Of a stretch of DNA of 64,000 nucleotides, positions 1-9,649 are shown one piece after another. This DNA comes from Candidatus Enteromonas sp. Its GTDB lineage: Bacteria > Bacillota_I > Bacilli_A > RFN20 > CAG-826. Location of the stretch: the NCBI GenBank assembly GCA_034089705.1, contig JAXDTZ010000022.1:12848-76847 (forward strand). Direction: 5' to 3'. The translations under genes and the position numbers were made by a program. Under the pieces are notes generated by a model, which did no database searches, was not told the DNA's origin, and saw only the letters and a list, made by a program, of their open reading frames with translations. How positions within the stretch are numbered: position 1 is the stretch's first letter; each line of letters starts with the position of its first letter.

Positions 1-1186
1 CTTGCTTTTTCTTCCTTAACCAGGCAAAAAGGGCGAACAAGAGGAAAGCGGCGCTTAAGAAAAGGGAGGAAGCGTTCATGATATCGGCGCTCCCGGCGAC
101 GTAAATGGCGCTGCCCAAAAGGGGACCGATGACATTGCCAAGGGACAAGGCGCTTTGACGAATGCCCATAATGGAACCGTGGGTGGATTCGTTGGCGAAA
201 CCGGCGAACAAATCTTGTTCTAACGGGGTAATGAACGCCCGGAACAAAATGTAAAGGAGATGGGTGGAATAGAGCATCACCATCAAATCTCCGGGAATGT
301 TGTACGTAAGCAGCACGAACACGATGGATCCCGCGATCGAAAAGAGGAGCAACGCGGTTTTGTTGATTTTCCAATGGCGGATGAAAGGCAAGAGGAAGGC
401 GTTGGCGATGGCCCCGATGATGCCCGTGAGGAAGACGTAATGCCCCAAAGAAGCGGTCCCATATCCCCGGTCGATGACAATGGGGTCCATGTATTTGTTG
501 ATGTTGATTTGGCCAATCGTGAGGAATAAGGTGGCGACGAGAAGCAGGGAAAGAGGAAAACTCCATCGGATCTTTTCCTCGCGTTTCTTGGAAATCGAAG
601 GGGTGCCCTCTCTCTTTTTGTCATGGAAGAGAAAAGCGAAGAGCAGCACGAGAAGGAAACAATACGAGGCTTGAATCACAAACAAGACGGAGATGGGGAC
701 GGAAGCGTACTCGTAAAGCGTTCCGCCAATCTCGTAGCCAAACGCGGATCCTAATAGTTGAACTCCAGAAGCCAGGGACAAGCCATCGCTTCGCGAAGCG
801 GGGTCGATTTGATCCAAACAACTGGAGATGAACAAGGTGATGGGGGCGCAGGCGAAGAACCCCGACAAGAAGCGAAATAGGACGGGAAACACGGGATGGG
901 GATTCAAGAACCCAAACCCCAGTTGCGATAACCCATAACCGAATATCCCAAGGAGAACAAACGGCTTCCTTCCTTTCTTGTCGCTTAGGAACCCCCAAAG
1001 CAAAGCGCCGAGGACTTGCCCAAGGGCCATCGCGGAGAAGAAGATCCCAAAATAGAAGGAGTCCAAGTTCAATTCCCGAACGTAAACCGTCGTGACGGGG
1101 TGCAAAAGGTTGACCGACACGTTGAAAAGGAAGTAGAGGCCAAGGAAACCCAGAAAGGATTTGGAACGGAGGAGACTTCGATTCAT
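1..1186 (-). CDS. MFS-family transporter (3'-partial; start codon at 1186-1184, continues past the window's left edge)
   Basis: Hand translation of the reverse complement from ATG at 1186 gives an uninterrupted polytopic membrane protein (MNRSLLRSKSFLGFLGLYFLFNVSVNLLHPVTTVYVRELNLDSFYFGIFFSAMALGQVLGALLWGFLSDKKGRKPF...). It is hydrophobic with charged loops typical of MFS transporters. It is absent from the ORF track because there is no stop inside the window. Confidence 0.55.
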   Translation of the reverse strand, partial: MNRSLLRSKSFLGFLGLYFLFNVSVNLLHPVTTVYVRELNLDSFYFGIFFSAMALGQVLGALLWGFLSDKKGRKPFVLLGIFGYGLSQLGFGFLNPHPVFPVLFRFLSGFFACAPITLFISSCLDQIDPASRSDGLSLASGVQLLGSAFGYEIGGTLYEYASVPISVLFVIQASYCFLLVLLFAFLFHDKKREGTPSISKKREEKIRWSFPLSLLLVATLFLTIGQININKYMDPIVIDRGYGTASLGHYVFLTGIIGAIANAFLLPFIRHWKINKTALLLFSIAGSIVFVLLTYNIPGDLMVMLYSTHLLYILFRAFITPLEQDLFAGFANESTHGSIMGIRQSALSLGNVIGPLLGSAIYVAGSADIMNASSLFLSAAFLLFALFAWLRKKKQ

Positions 1187-1259
1187 GGTTGCTGTATTCT
1201 AACCCATTCCTTTTAAAAAGGAAGACTCATGCTATACTTACGCAAAACGGGAATCACTT

Positions 1260-3068
1260 ATGGCGGCCGATGCAATGGAAACGAAACCAATCACTCGATG
1301 GAAAGAAGCTTTTCTAATGTTTTGGAAGAAACGTTGGAAATGGATTGTCTTCGCCCTCGGATGCATCGTTTTCCTCTATCTCGTCTATTTCCTTTTCGCC
1401 TTCCGTTCCGAGCCGATCTACGAAGGCGTGGACACCGCCTATTGGGACGCGAGGATGATTCTGTTTCGGGTTTTCTGCGGAGTCATCGATATCGCCGTCG
1501 TCGCTTATGGGATGTTCTTATACAGCCGCAAGAAATTGACCATTCGCTCCGCCTGCATTTTCCTTGCTTTCCTGGCGATGATCACGACGATGTGCTATTC
1601 CTTCTCCACCCCGATCGCGGATTTCAATCGCCATTTCAACCAACACGACGATTATTACGGGGACGTCCGGACCGAATTCACGCGGGAAGACGGATTGCAT
1701 GATTCGGGGGCAGGCCATTTTGGGCTCATCATGACCATATTCCGAACGGGCATGATTCCCGGACTTCGTCCGTTGGGGGACGGGACTTACGATTTTTCCT
1801 TCCTCCAGCTTGGCGAGCGTTACCACCCGAAGACGTTCTACCTGTTGACCGGCTACTTCATGCGATGGAATTCCCTTTTCCTTCACGGGGCTCCGGGAGA
1901 TGTTCAATTCACGTATGGGGGTTTCGCGTACTCCATGACCAATACGGAATGGGCCTTATTTGAAGCCAACCGCATTCTTTGGACCGCGACCTCTTGGCTC
2001 AGTTTTTATTACATTTACAAAGCCCTCCGGCTTCTGCGTTTCGAAGGACGTCCCCTCGTCATTGCCTTCGCGGTCGCCATTTTTTGCCCCATCTTCTGTT
2101 TCTTCGCCAACTGGGACAACAACGACGCGATGTATGCGATGTTTGGCTTCGCCGCCATGTATCGAGGGCTCCATTTCGTCCGGTTCAAAGATTGGAAGTC
2201 TTGCGCTTTGTGCGCCATGGACATCGGGCTTTCGATGTCGTGCAAACTCACCGGGGCGATCACGGGACTCGTGATGATTCCCCTTTTGCTTTACGCCTTC
2301 ATTGAAAACGTCCGCGCTTCCAAAGGAATGAAGATCTCCGTCCATACCCCTTGGGTGCGAAACCTCCTTCAAGGGCTCCTGTTCGCATCCATCGTCTTCC
2401 CCATCGGGTTTTTCTGGCCGCTTTACAACAAGATTCATTTTGGGCAGGACATCTTCTATTTCTCGGACGCGAATAATCCAAACCAACTCATGAAAATGAA
2501 CCTATGGGTCGCCTGTTTTGTGTGGCCTAACGCGGAAACCTTCTCCTCCATTTTCTGCAATCACTTGGTTTTCCCGGATTGGCATATGGTTCAGGATTAT
2601 TCCCTTACGAGCAATTTCATGAAAAAGGCGTTGTTCAACGAATACCAGTTCGGCCATTCTTACGCTCAACTCGGTTTCCTCTACGTCGTCGGGCTTCTTT
2701 TGGGGATTTACGTTCTCGCCATGATCCTCATCCGCTTCATCCGCTTCCTCGTGGAGCGGCCAAAAGGCGTGGATTGGAGATCCGTTTTGGCCATCGCTTC
2801 CATCCTTATCATGAATTGGGGATGGGAAGTGTGGTTCATCTTCAAATCGCCTCATACCTGCAATTGCGACATCCGTTATATCCCCTGCATCTTGCTGGGA
2901 TTTGGCGCGCTCGCGGGAGGGCACGCCCAAAGCAACGACTTGATTTGCAATCCTCGTCTCCGAAAAGTGGTACGATATTGCGAGACCGCCCTCGTGGGAG
3001 CTTTCGTGTTTGGAGTCGTGCTCGCCTACACCACCATCACCCCATGGTACGCCCCCGTTCGGGTCTAA
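1260..3068 (+). CDS. Large aromatic-rich polytopic membrane protein (602 aa), possibly a GT-C/YfhO-like glycosylation protein
   Basis: Long ORF with more than 10 predicted transmembrane segments. It ends 10 nt before the GT2 gene on the same strand. Functional assignment is inferred from context only. Confidence 0.5.
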   Translation: MAADAMETKPITRWKEAFLMFWKKRWKWIVFALGCIVFLYLVYFLFAFRSEPIYEGVDTAYWDARMILFRVFCGVIDIAVVAYGMFLYSRKKLTIRSACIFLAFLAMITTMCYSFSTPIADFNRHFNQHDDYYGDVRTEFTREDGLHDSGAGHFGLIMTIFRTGMIPGLRPLGDGTYDFSFLQLGERYHPKTFYLLTGYFMRWNSLFLHGAPGDVQFTYGGFAYSMTNTEWALFEANRILWTATSWLSFYYIYKALRLLRFEGRPLVIAFAVAIFCPIFCFFANWDNNDAMYAMFGFAAMYRGLHFVRFKDWKSCALCAMDIGLSMSCKLTGAITGLVMIPLLLYAFIENVRASKGMKISVHTPWVRNLLQGLLFASIVFPIGFFWPLYNKIHFGQDIFYFSDANNPNQLMKMNLWVACFVWPNAETFSSIFCNHLVFPDWHMVQDYSLTSNFMKKALFNEYQFGHSYAQLGFLYVVGLLLGIYVLAMILIRFIRFLVERPKGVDWRSVLAIASILIMNWGWEVWFIFKSPHTCNCDIRYIPCILLGFGALAGGHAQSNDLICNPRLRKVVRYCETALVGAFVFGVVLAYTTITPWYAPVRV

Positions 3069-3077
3069 GGAGGCAAA

Positions 3078-4031
3078 ATGGATAAGATTGCCGTATTAAT
3101 CCCCTGCTATAACGAAGAAATCACCATCGCCAAAGTCATTCAGGACGCGAGGCGTTATTTGCCGGAATCCACGATTTACGTCTACGACAACAACAGCACC
3201 GACGCGACCGCGAAAATCGCCGAAGAAGCGGGGGCCATTGTCCGAAAAGAGCCCCGTCAAGGCAAAGGGAACGTCATCCGCACGATGTTCCGGGACATTG
3301 ACGCGGAGGTGTATTTGATGGTGGACGGCGACGACACTTATGGATTAGAAACCGCCCCCGAAATGGTTCGCCGCGTCGTAGAAGACAACGCGGACATGGT
3401 CATCGGGGATCGCCTTTCCGGAGCCTATTACCAAGAGAACAAACGCGCATTCCACAATTTCGGGAACAATCTGGTGCGCTTCCAAATCAACCGCCTGTTC
3501 CACACGAACGTCAAAGACATCATGACGGGATACCGCGCGTTTTCCTATCGGTTCGTCAAAACCTTCGCCATCCGTTCCAAAGGCTTTGAAATCGAAACGG
3601 AGATGACCGCCCACGCCGCGGACAAGAACATGCTCATGTCCACCCTTCCTATCACCTATCGCGATCGCCCGGAAGGCAGTTTCTCCAAACTCCACACCTT
3701 CCGCGATGGAATGAAAGTGCTCACCACGATCGGAGATTTGTTCCGCAAATTCCGCCCGATGGCCTTCTATGGATTCTTTTGCCTTTTATTCTCCGGTTTG
3801 GGAATCGGGTTTTTCATCCCCGTGTTCTTAGAATTCCTCCAAACCAAAGAGGTGGCGAGATTCCCCACCTTGATTGTGTGCTGCTTCTCCGTTTTGATTG
3901 GGCTACTCTGCCTCTTCATGGGGCTGCTCTTCTCCACCTTGCGCACCCAAAGCCAAGTGGAATTCGAGCATAGCCTCATCCAGGCGCAAGATGCCTATTT
4001 GATGAAGAAAAATCAAAATCAAACGAAGTGA
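3078..4031 (+). CDS. GT2 polyprenol-phosphate glycosyltransferase (CsbB/GtrB/DPM1-like)
   Basis: N-terminus VLIPCYNEE...YVYDNNSTDAT...DGDD is a classical GT2 catalytic core. The C-terminus carries two transmembrane helices, as in the undecaprenyl-phosphate sugar transferases CsbB/GtrB. RBS AAGGAGG lies upstream. Confidence 0.8.
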   Translation: MDKIAVLIPCYNEEITIAKVIQDARRYLPESTIYVYDNNSTDATAKIAEEAGAIVRKEPRQGKGNVIRTMFRDIDAEVYLMVDGDDTYGLETAPEMVRRVVEDNADMVIGDRLSGAYYQENKRAFHNFGNNLVRFQINRLFHTNVKDIMTGYRAFSYRFVKTFAIRSKGFEIETEMTAHAADKNMLMSTLPITYRDRPEGSFSKLHTFRDGMKVLTTIGDLFRKFRPMAFYGFFCLLFSGLGIGFFIPVFLEFLQTKEVARFPTLIVCCFSVLIGLLCLFMGLLFSTLRTQSQVEFEHSLIQAQDAYLMKKNQNQTK

Positions 4032-6397
4032 AGGGAGCCAAAGGCTTCTCGGAAGCGAAGAAGGAGTCCTCCGCAGGACCCTTCTTTCATTCCGTCGAAA
4101 CTATCAAACGACAGATTGAGGCACATGAAGGCGCTTAAAGCGAATAAACCCACTCCAACTCCGATCGCGTAAGGGGCGATTTTCGTATCGCGGGTGATCC
4201 TCTCCATTTCAAGGAAACCGAATACGCTTCCGATCGTGGCGAGGTAATAGAGTTCGCTCAAATAACGGGGGCATACCCCTGCTTTGGAATAGGTGGTGAA
4301 GGCGAAAGCGAACAAGGTCGCGGGGAAGAGATACCCCATCCATTTCATCGCATTTTCTTTCCTGCCTTGCAAAATGAAGGGCAACAGAACGGAAGTCCAG
4401 AAGAAGGGGACCGCGAGCATTCCAAAATAGGATTGGACGTAAGGGGCGAGTTCCTTGGTTTCGAAGGAATAACGGATCAAGGAACAGGATAAATAAGGGA
4501 ATTGGTTGTAGAAAACTCCGCCCTGCAAGAAGAAGTGGAAGAAGGTCGGGAGGATCTTCTGCGTGCTGTAAGTCAGGTTCGTTTGATCGGCGACGGTGAA
4601 TTGGTAGGACTGGCCGAACTCGAAAATCGATTGGAATCTCGCGTAATTGTAAATGCAGGCCACCGCCCCTCCGACGGCGAGAATTCCCATCATTGGGCCA
4701 AACCATATCAGCTTCTTTCGAATGGGGGTTTGTTTCTGAAAGAGCATCGAAAGGAAGAAAGGGATCGCGATGAGAAGGGCCACGAACAGATTCGGTCGAG
4801 CGAAGACGACCACGACGAAGAAGAATCCCGACAAGGCCAGTTGCAAAGAGCGGAGTTTCTCACTTCGATAAGCCCGCAAGCAAAACGCGAAGAACATGCT
4901 GAAAGCGGCGAGTCCGTAAATGTCCGGGACGTGGTAAACGGCTTCGTGATAGGCCCCATCCTTCCAGGTGAAGAGGCTGATGGTCATCGCGGTGAGCAGG
5001 CCAAAGACGGCGAATACGAGGTATTGGGCGTAAGAGAATTTCTTTTTGCCCATCCGCATGATTTCAAGTAGCAAGAACAAGAACGACCCGATGAATAGCG
5101 GCATCCCGAGCACTTCCAGCCCAAAAGCGGTTAAGACGTAACGGCAACCGCTCAAGAGGTAGAAGGGGAAGGAGACGAGTATGACCGGCGCAGGGCCATA
5201 GTAGGAATAATATTTGCCCTGGTAGAAAGCGTGGTCCCAATAATACTCCATGGAGTAACGGGCGCCGGGGATATAAGGGTTTTCTAGTTCCAAAAGGCCC
5301 GGATCCACGGGCAAATCCAGGTCGATTCTCCCTTTGGCGAACGCGTCAAAAAGGGAAACAAAGATGTCCGTCGCCCCCGTATGGGTGCTCGTCATCGCGT
5401 AGAGTTCTTCCGGGGGTATGGGGTAGGTTCTCGCCATGTCTCCCGGAGAAGCCGCGATGGAAATCCCAAGACCAACGACCGTTGCCGCGGTAAGCCCTGC
5501 AATGAGCAAATACGGCATACGTCCCGGCTCTTTTTCCGTTTTTCGCTGTCCAATCTCGCTGAGGTGGGCGAAGAAAAGAACGAAGAAAGCAAACAGGGAA
5601 CTCCTTAGAATCGAGAAATGGAACTCCAAGGGAACGTTGAAGGATAACGCCTCGATGTCCGCGTATGTCGGGGAATCGTAGAAATTCGTGACGAATTGGA
5701 ATTTCAGTCGATAGGACAAGGCGTCGGAAACGCTGACCGGGATGATCGAGAAATTGGTGTTTCGATCATCCATCTTGTACGACCCAAGGGGGTGGTAGTT
5801 GTTGTTTATGTCCGCGTATTCCAATGACACCGTGATGGTGGCCCCAGACCCATCCTTATAACGAATTTGGATGTTTTCGGGATGGAAGTTTTGATCGCAG
5901 GGGATTACCACGTAGGAGTCGCTTTGCACCCGAATGGTTCCGTCTTGGTTGGTTTGGTATAAGCCGCTGATGGAAGAAGAAGTCGCAAGGGAGGTGTAAT
6001 CCCTCGTTGGTTCGGAAAGCGAGTAGCATCTAGAAGAGGCGAAGAAGGTTTCAAACAACAGTCCCGCAAGAAGGATGGAAGACACCACCACTTTCTTTTT
6101 GGGGAACCGGACTTCTTTCGCGGCGAAATCTAAGAAGCAGGCGGGTCGGAGGAAAGTGACGATGACATTGACGGAAAGGCCAAGCCAGATTCCGCTCCAA
6201 AAAGAAATCCGCGGGAAGCAGCAGAAGGCGATGGCCGAAAAGAGCAAAGCGGACAAAAAAGAAATCTGAAAGGAGAACAAATCCCTCCAAAGCCCATCCG
6301 TGTATTCGATGTTTTTATGTTTTTTATGGAAATACAACCATAGAAAAACCCCTCCGTGGAAGAGAATGGTTGTGAGTAAACTGAGAACAATGACCAT
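4019..6397 (-). CDS. Very large polytopic membrane protein (792 aa), YfhO/GT-C-like candidate glycosyltransferase
   Basis: 792-aa ORF with many transmembrane segments plus one soluble domain. It converges on and overlaps the GT2 gene by 13 bp. GT2 paired with a YfhO-like protein is the known arrangement for teichoic-acid and glycolipid glycosylation. Confidence 0.5.
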   Translation of the reverse strand: MVIVLSLLTTILFHGGVFLWLYFHKKHKNIEYTDGLWRDLFSFQISFLSALLFSAIAFCCFPRISFWSGIWLGLSVNVIVTFLRPACFLDFAAKEVRFPKKKVVVSSILLAGLLFETFFASSRCYSLSEPTRDYTSLATSSSISGLYQTNQDGTIRVQSDSYVVIPCDQNFHPENIQIRYKDGSGATITVSLEYADINNNYHPLGSYKMDDRNTNFSIIPVSVSDALSYRLKFQFVTNFYDSPTYADIEALSFNVPLEFHFSILRSSLFAFFVLFFAHLSEIGQRKTEKEPGRMPYLLIAGLTAATVVGLGISIAASPGDMARTYPIPPEELYAMTSTHTGATDIFVSLFDAFAKGRIDLDLPVDPGLLELENPYIPGARYSMEYYWDHAFYQGKYYSYYGPAPVILVSFPFYLLSGCRYVLTAFGLEVLGMPLFIGSFLFLLLEIMRMGKKKFSYAQYLVFAVFGLLTAMTISLFTWKDGAYHEAVYHVPDIYGLAAFSMFFAFCLRAYRSEKLRSLQLALSGFFFVVVVFARPNLFVALLIAIPFFLSMLFQKQTPIRKKLIWFGPMMGILAVGGAVACIYNYARFQSIFEFGQSYQFTVADQTNLTYSTQKILPTFFHFFLQGGVFYNQFPYLSCSLIRYSFETKELAPYVQSYFGMLAVPFFWTSVLLPFILQGRKENAMKWMGYLFPATLFAFAFTTYSKAGVCPRYLSELYYLATIGSVFGFLEMERITRDTKIAPYAIGVGVGLFALSAFMCLNLSFDSFDGMKEGSCGGLLLRFREAFGSLHFV

Positions 6398-6411
6398 AGT
6401 GTTGCGCTAGC
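6398..6411. promoter_or_regulatory. Perfect 14-bp palindrome TTGCGCTAGCGCAA abutting the start codon of the 792-aa membrane protein, in the divergent region shared with the MFS gene
   Basis: The sequence at 6398-6411 equals its own reverse complement. Confidence 0.3.
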
Positions 6412-6488
6412 GCAAGGCTATTGTTGCCCACCCTTTCCTTTTTGGCAAGTCCTTGTTCATTTCTTTTCTCCGCGTTATTTTAATTCAT

Positions 6489-7958
6489 ATGACCCGAACG
6501 AAATCTTCCAGCGAGGAAAAGAACGCTCGCCTGCTTGCTCGTTTTCAAGCACATCGGAGTAAGAAGAAACCGCGCTTTTATTTTTGGTACATGCTCCTGA
6601 TTCTGGCGCTCATTTACATCGTGGATGAAGTCGCCACGAATTTGCCCAATTCTTTGGAGACGGAAATTAACGTCGCCTTGTTCGGCGTTCCTTTCATTGC
6701 CGCGAACGGTTTTTCCTTGGACCAATTGAACGCGGTCGCTTTCCAAGGGGCGCTTGCTCCCGAAGGGATTTATTCCGCCTTGTCGTTAGGTTTAAGCAAA
6801 ATCGGAACGGTGAAACTCATCGCCAACGTCGTGCTAATCGCTTCGATGTTTTACCGCCCGTTAGCGGACAAATACGGGAGGCGTCTATTTCTTTTCATCA
6901 ACACGATCGGCATCGCGGCCACCTTGTTTTTGCTGTTCACCGCGGACAACATTTTCTTCTACGCAATCGCCTTCTTTTTGCTTCGCTTCTTCGTGACCCC
7001 TGACCAACAAGTGGTTTACCTCGTTGAGATTTCTCCGGAGAAGCATCGCAGCACCTTGCTTGCCTTGACCAAGGGCATCGCGGAGTTCGGCCTCGTGTTC
7101 ATTTGGCTCTTCCGTCGCCTCTTCTTGAACGAAGCCGCCCCTTCTTCTTATCGGCAGATATTCTTGGTCGTCGCGATATCCGCCCTCGTCGTATCCTTTT
7201 TCGCTTTGCTCTTCTCGCGGGAATCGGATGTGTTTTTGGATTACAAGATCGCCTATCTTTCCAAATCCAAGGAAGAGAGGGAAAAGGAAGTTCAGGACGT
7301 GTCAAAAGCCCAAGGCGGATTCCTCGCCGCGCTTCGTTACGCCATGAAGAACAAACAGCTTCGTTGGATCATGATTGCCACGGCGGTCATGGAAATCGCT
7401 TATTCCTGCTGCAACAACTACGCGAACGTCTTGAGCAACGGGGTGTTTGGGGTGGGCTGCTTGAATCAATCCCAAGCGACGGAAGTCGGATTCTATTTCC
7501 CCTTCACCTGCGCGGTTGTCACGATGGCCTATGGTTTCTTTGCCGATAAGTTCGGGCGGAAGAAAACCTCCATCGGTTTATTGTCCTTGGCCACCGTTGG
7601 ATTCCTGCTGGAATTCGTCGCGATCTATTTTGGATGGTCCCCCGTGGCTATCGGCCTGTTCTTGGGCATCGTCCTTGGGGCGGATTGGGCGAACGGGGAT
7701 CTTTACGCGACCATGGCCACCGAGTCCTGCACGACCAATCTTCGGGCATCCATTCTCTCGGTATGGAGTTTGTTCTTCGGGGTGGGAATGGTGCTTTCGA
7801 TGGGAATCACCGCCGTTTTGCCCGCCTTGCTAGGCAAAGCGAATCTCTCCATCGGCTATTTCGCCGCGGCGGTCCCCGCCTGGATTATCGCGCTAATCAT
7901 CCTCTTCGCCAAAGTCGCGGAAACCAAAGGGGCGGATCTTTCCACCGCGGGGCAATAA
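6489..7958 (+). CDS. MFS transporter
   Basis: About 12 transmembrane segments, with paired halves and charged loops typical of MFS. The track starts at TTG 6453; the first ATG is at 6489. Confidence 0.65.
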   Translation: MTRTKSSSEEKNARLLARFQAHRSKKKPRFYFWYMLLILALIYIVDEVATNLPNSLETEINVALFGVPFIAANGFSLDQLNAVAFQGALAPEGIYSALSLGLSKIGTVKLIANVVLIASMFYRPLADKYGRRLFLFINTIGIAATLFLLFTADNIFFYAIAFFLLRFFVTPDQQVVYLVEISPEKHRSTLLALTKGIAEFGLVFIWLFRRLFLNEAAPSSYRQIFLVVAISALVVSFFALLFSRESDVFLDYKIAYLSKSKEEREKEVQDVSKAQGGFLAALRYAMKNKQLRWIMIATAVMEIAYSCCNNYANVLSNGVFGVGCLNQSQATEVGFYFPFTCAVVTMAYGFFADKFGRKKTSIGLLSLATVGFLLEFVAIYFGWSPVAIGLFLGIVLGADWANGDLYATMATESCTTNLRASILSVWSLFFGVGMVLSMGITAVLPALLGKANLSIGYFAAAVPAWIIALIILFAKVAETKGADLSTAGQ

Positions 7959-8026
7959 CGAAGATTCCTTCCTGGGCATAAGCGCCCATTCTTTCATTTG
8001 TCGTCCTTCTAGGATAAAGTAGTGAT

Positions 8027-9181
8027 GTGAACATCCTTTCTTATCTGCGGAAATACGGCGATCGGACCTTTGGGGAATTGCCGTTCAACGAGGTGGACGC
8101 GGGGATCCTCGCGGAACTTTCCTACGTGAATTTCGATTTGGTCGCCCCAACGCTGGACCGTCCCAAGTCCCGCATGCTGAAGCTGCATCGACTCGTCATG
8201 GAGGATTGGAAATCCATGTACCGCGGATCGGTGGATTCCGTGTCCAACGCGAGGATGGTAACCCTGATGAAGAAATCGAGGCGCTTCCGGGATTGTAAAA
8301 TCGGGTTTTGTCAGAATCTGTTCGACAAAGAGCAAATCCGGCAGTTTTTCGCGATGACCATTTTCCTTCCTAACGGAGAAGCCTATGTTTCCTTCCGAGG
8401 GACCGACACTTCGTTGCTTGGTTGGCGAGAAGATTTCGAGATCACTTACAAAGACGCGATTCCTTCCCAAATCCAATCGGTGGAATACATCCGTCAGATC
8501 GCGCCGTATCTGCCCGAGCGGTTCTACCTTGGAGGGCATTCCAAAGGCGGGAACCTCGCCGCTTACGCCGCGCTCAACATGGGGGAAGAACTCGAAGGAC
8601 GTGTCATCCGGGTGTATTCCTTCGACGGCCCGGGATTCCGCACCCCCGTGACGGGGATGGCCTCTTACCAACGCCTCCGCCCCAAATTAAGCAAGTTCTT
8701 GACGAAGAACGATGTCATCGGTCTTGTTTACAACGTGTCGGAAAACACCCGAATCGTGGTTTCGACCGGCTTGATGTTCGGCGGGCATGACATCTTCATG
8801 TGGAAGATCAAACGCGATGCACCCGAATTCAAAACCGTCCCCAAGGTCAATTCCACTTCGAGGCGGAACGCTTGGAAGCTGATGAAGTGGTTGAATTCGA
8901 TGTCCGCGTCGGACAAAGAATTGTTGGTCAATTTCTTATTTCATGTTTTCGAACGCCGGGAAAACGTGTTCGAATTCATCGTCTTTGGTCCCCGGGATCT
9001 GATCGAAGTCCCGAAGGTGCTTCGACAGTATTCAGAGCAGGAGCGGAAACGATTGAAGAAAATGCTTTTCCTGTTGGCGGATTCTTTCCTCCGCCCGGAC
9101 AAGGGGAATCAGCGGCGTCCCGAAGAACCGAACCCCCCTTCTCGGGAGGAGTTGGCTTCGTCGTCGTCCGTCACACAATAA
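8027..9181 (+). CDS. Alpha/beta hydrolase, Mbeg1-like / DUF2974 family
   Basis: GGHSKGGNLAAYAA is a nucleophile-elbow GxSxG embedded in the GHSKGG motif typical of DUF2974/Mbeg1-like proteins. GTG start. The 3' end overlaps dut by 73 bp in convergent orientation. Confidence 0.55.
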   Translation: MNILSYLRKYGDRTFGELPFNEVDAGILAELSYVNFDLVAPTLDRPKSRMLKLHRLVMEDWKSMYRGSVDSVSNARMVTLMKKSRRFRDCKIGFCQNLFDKEQIRQFFAMTIFLPNGEAYVSFRGTDTSLLGWREDFEITYKDAIPSQIQSVEYIRQIAPYLPERFYLGGHSKGGNLAAYAALNMGEELEGRVIRVYSFDGPGFRTPVTGMASYQRLRPKLSKFLTKNDVIGLVYNVSENTRIVVSTGLMFGGHDIFMWKIKRDAPEFKTVPKVNSTSRRNAWKLMKWLNSMSASDKELLVNFLFHVFERRENVFEFIVFGPRDLIEVPKVLRQYSEQERKRLKKMLFLLADSFLRPDKGNQRRPEEPNPPSREELASSSSVTQ

Positions 9182-9555
9182 GGCAAAAAGATTCCCTGGG
9201 CGATGCGATCGCCTTTTACGATGCGGACTTCCTCGGTTCCCTGATTGCGGATTCCGATTTTGATTTCCCCATCGTTGCTGGGGTTGCCGTAATAATCCGC
9301 GTCGATCACCCCAACCCCGTTGGCGAGGGCCAATCCTTTTTTGATGCCGAGGGAAGAACGGATGAAAACCAAAAGCACTTCGTTCTTGGGCATCTTGGCC
9401 TTCACTCCGGTGGAAATGAGGGCGGTCGCCCCGGGAAGAATCACGACGTCTTCCAAGGAACGGATATCGTATCCCGCGGAAGAGGAAGTGGCGCGTTTTG
9501 GCAGTTCCACCCCCGCGCCTTCAAAGCCTTTTGCGATCTCAAAGCAGCGTTTCAT
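9109..9555 (-). CDS. dut: dUTP diphosphatase
   Basis: MKRCFEIAKGFEGAGVELPKRATSSSAGYDIRS...GVIDADYYG...REGGFGSSG contains all dUTPase motifs. The track ORF extends to 9717, but the dUTPase-like N-terminus begins at ATG 9555-9553. Confidence 0.85.
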   Translation of the reverse strand: MKRCFEIAKGFEGAGVELPKRATSSSAGYDIRSLEDVVILPGATALISTGVKAKMPKNEVLLVFIRSSLGIKKGLALANGVGVIDADYYGNPSNDGEIKIGIRNQGTEEVRIVKGDRIAQGIFLPYCVTDDDEANSSREGGFGSSGRR

Positions 9556-9649
9556 AAGGGCTATTGTATATGGAAAAGCAAAAAAATAGCAGGGGGATAA
9601 CGCGTTTTGCGTTCCCAAGTGGTAAGATTCTTCCTGCTGAGGTAGCAAT

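Noticed and set aside
9556-9649. T-box leader upstream of trpS (and 28386-28454 upstream of asnS)
   Set aside because: The leaders are only 94 nt and 69 nt. No specifier-loop/antiterminator architecture or T-box consensus (AATTAGGGTGGTACCGCG-like) is visible.
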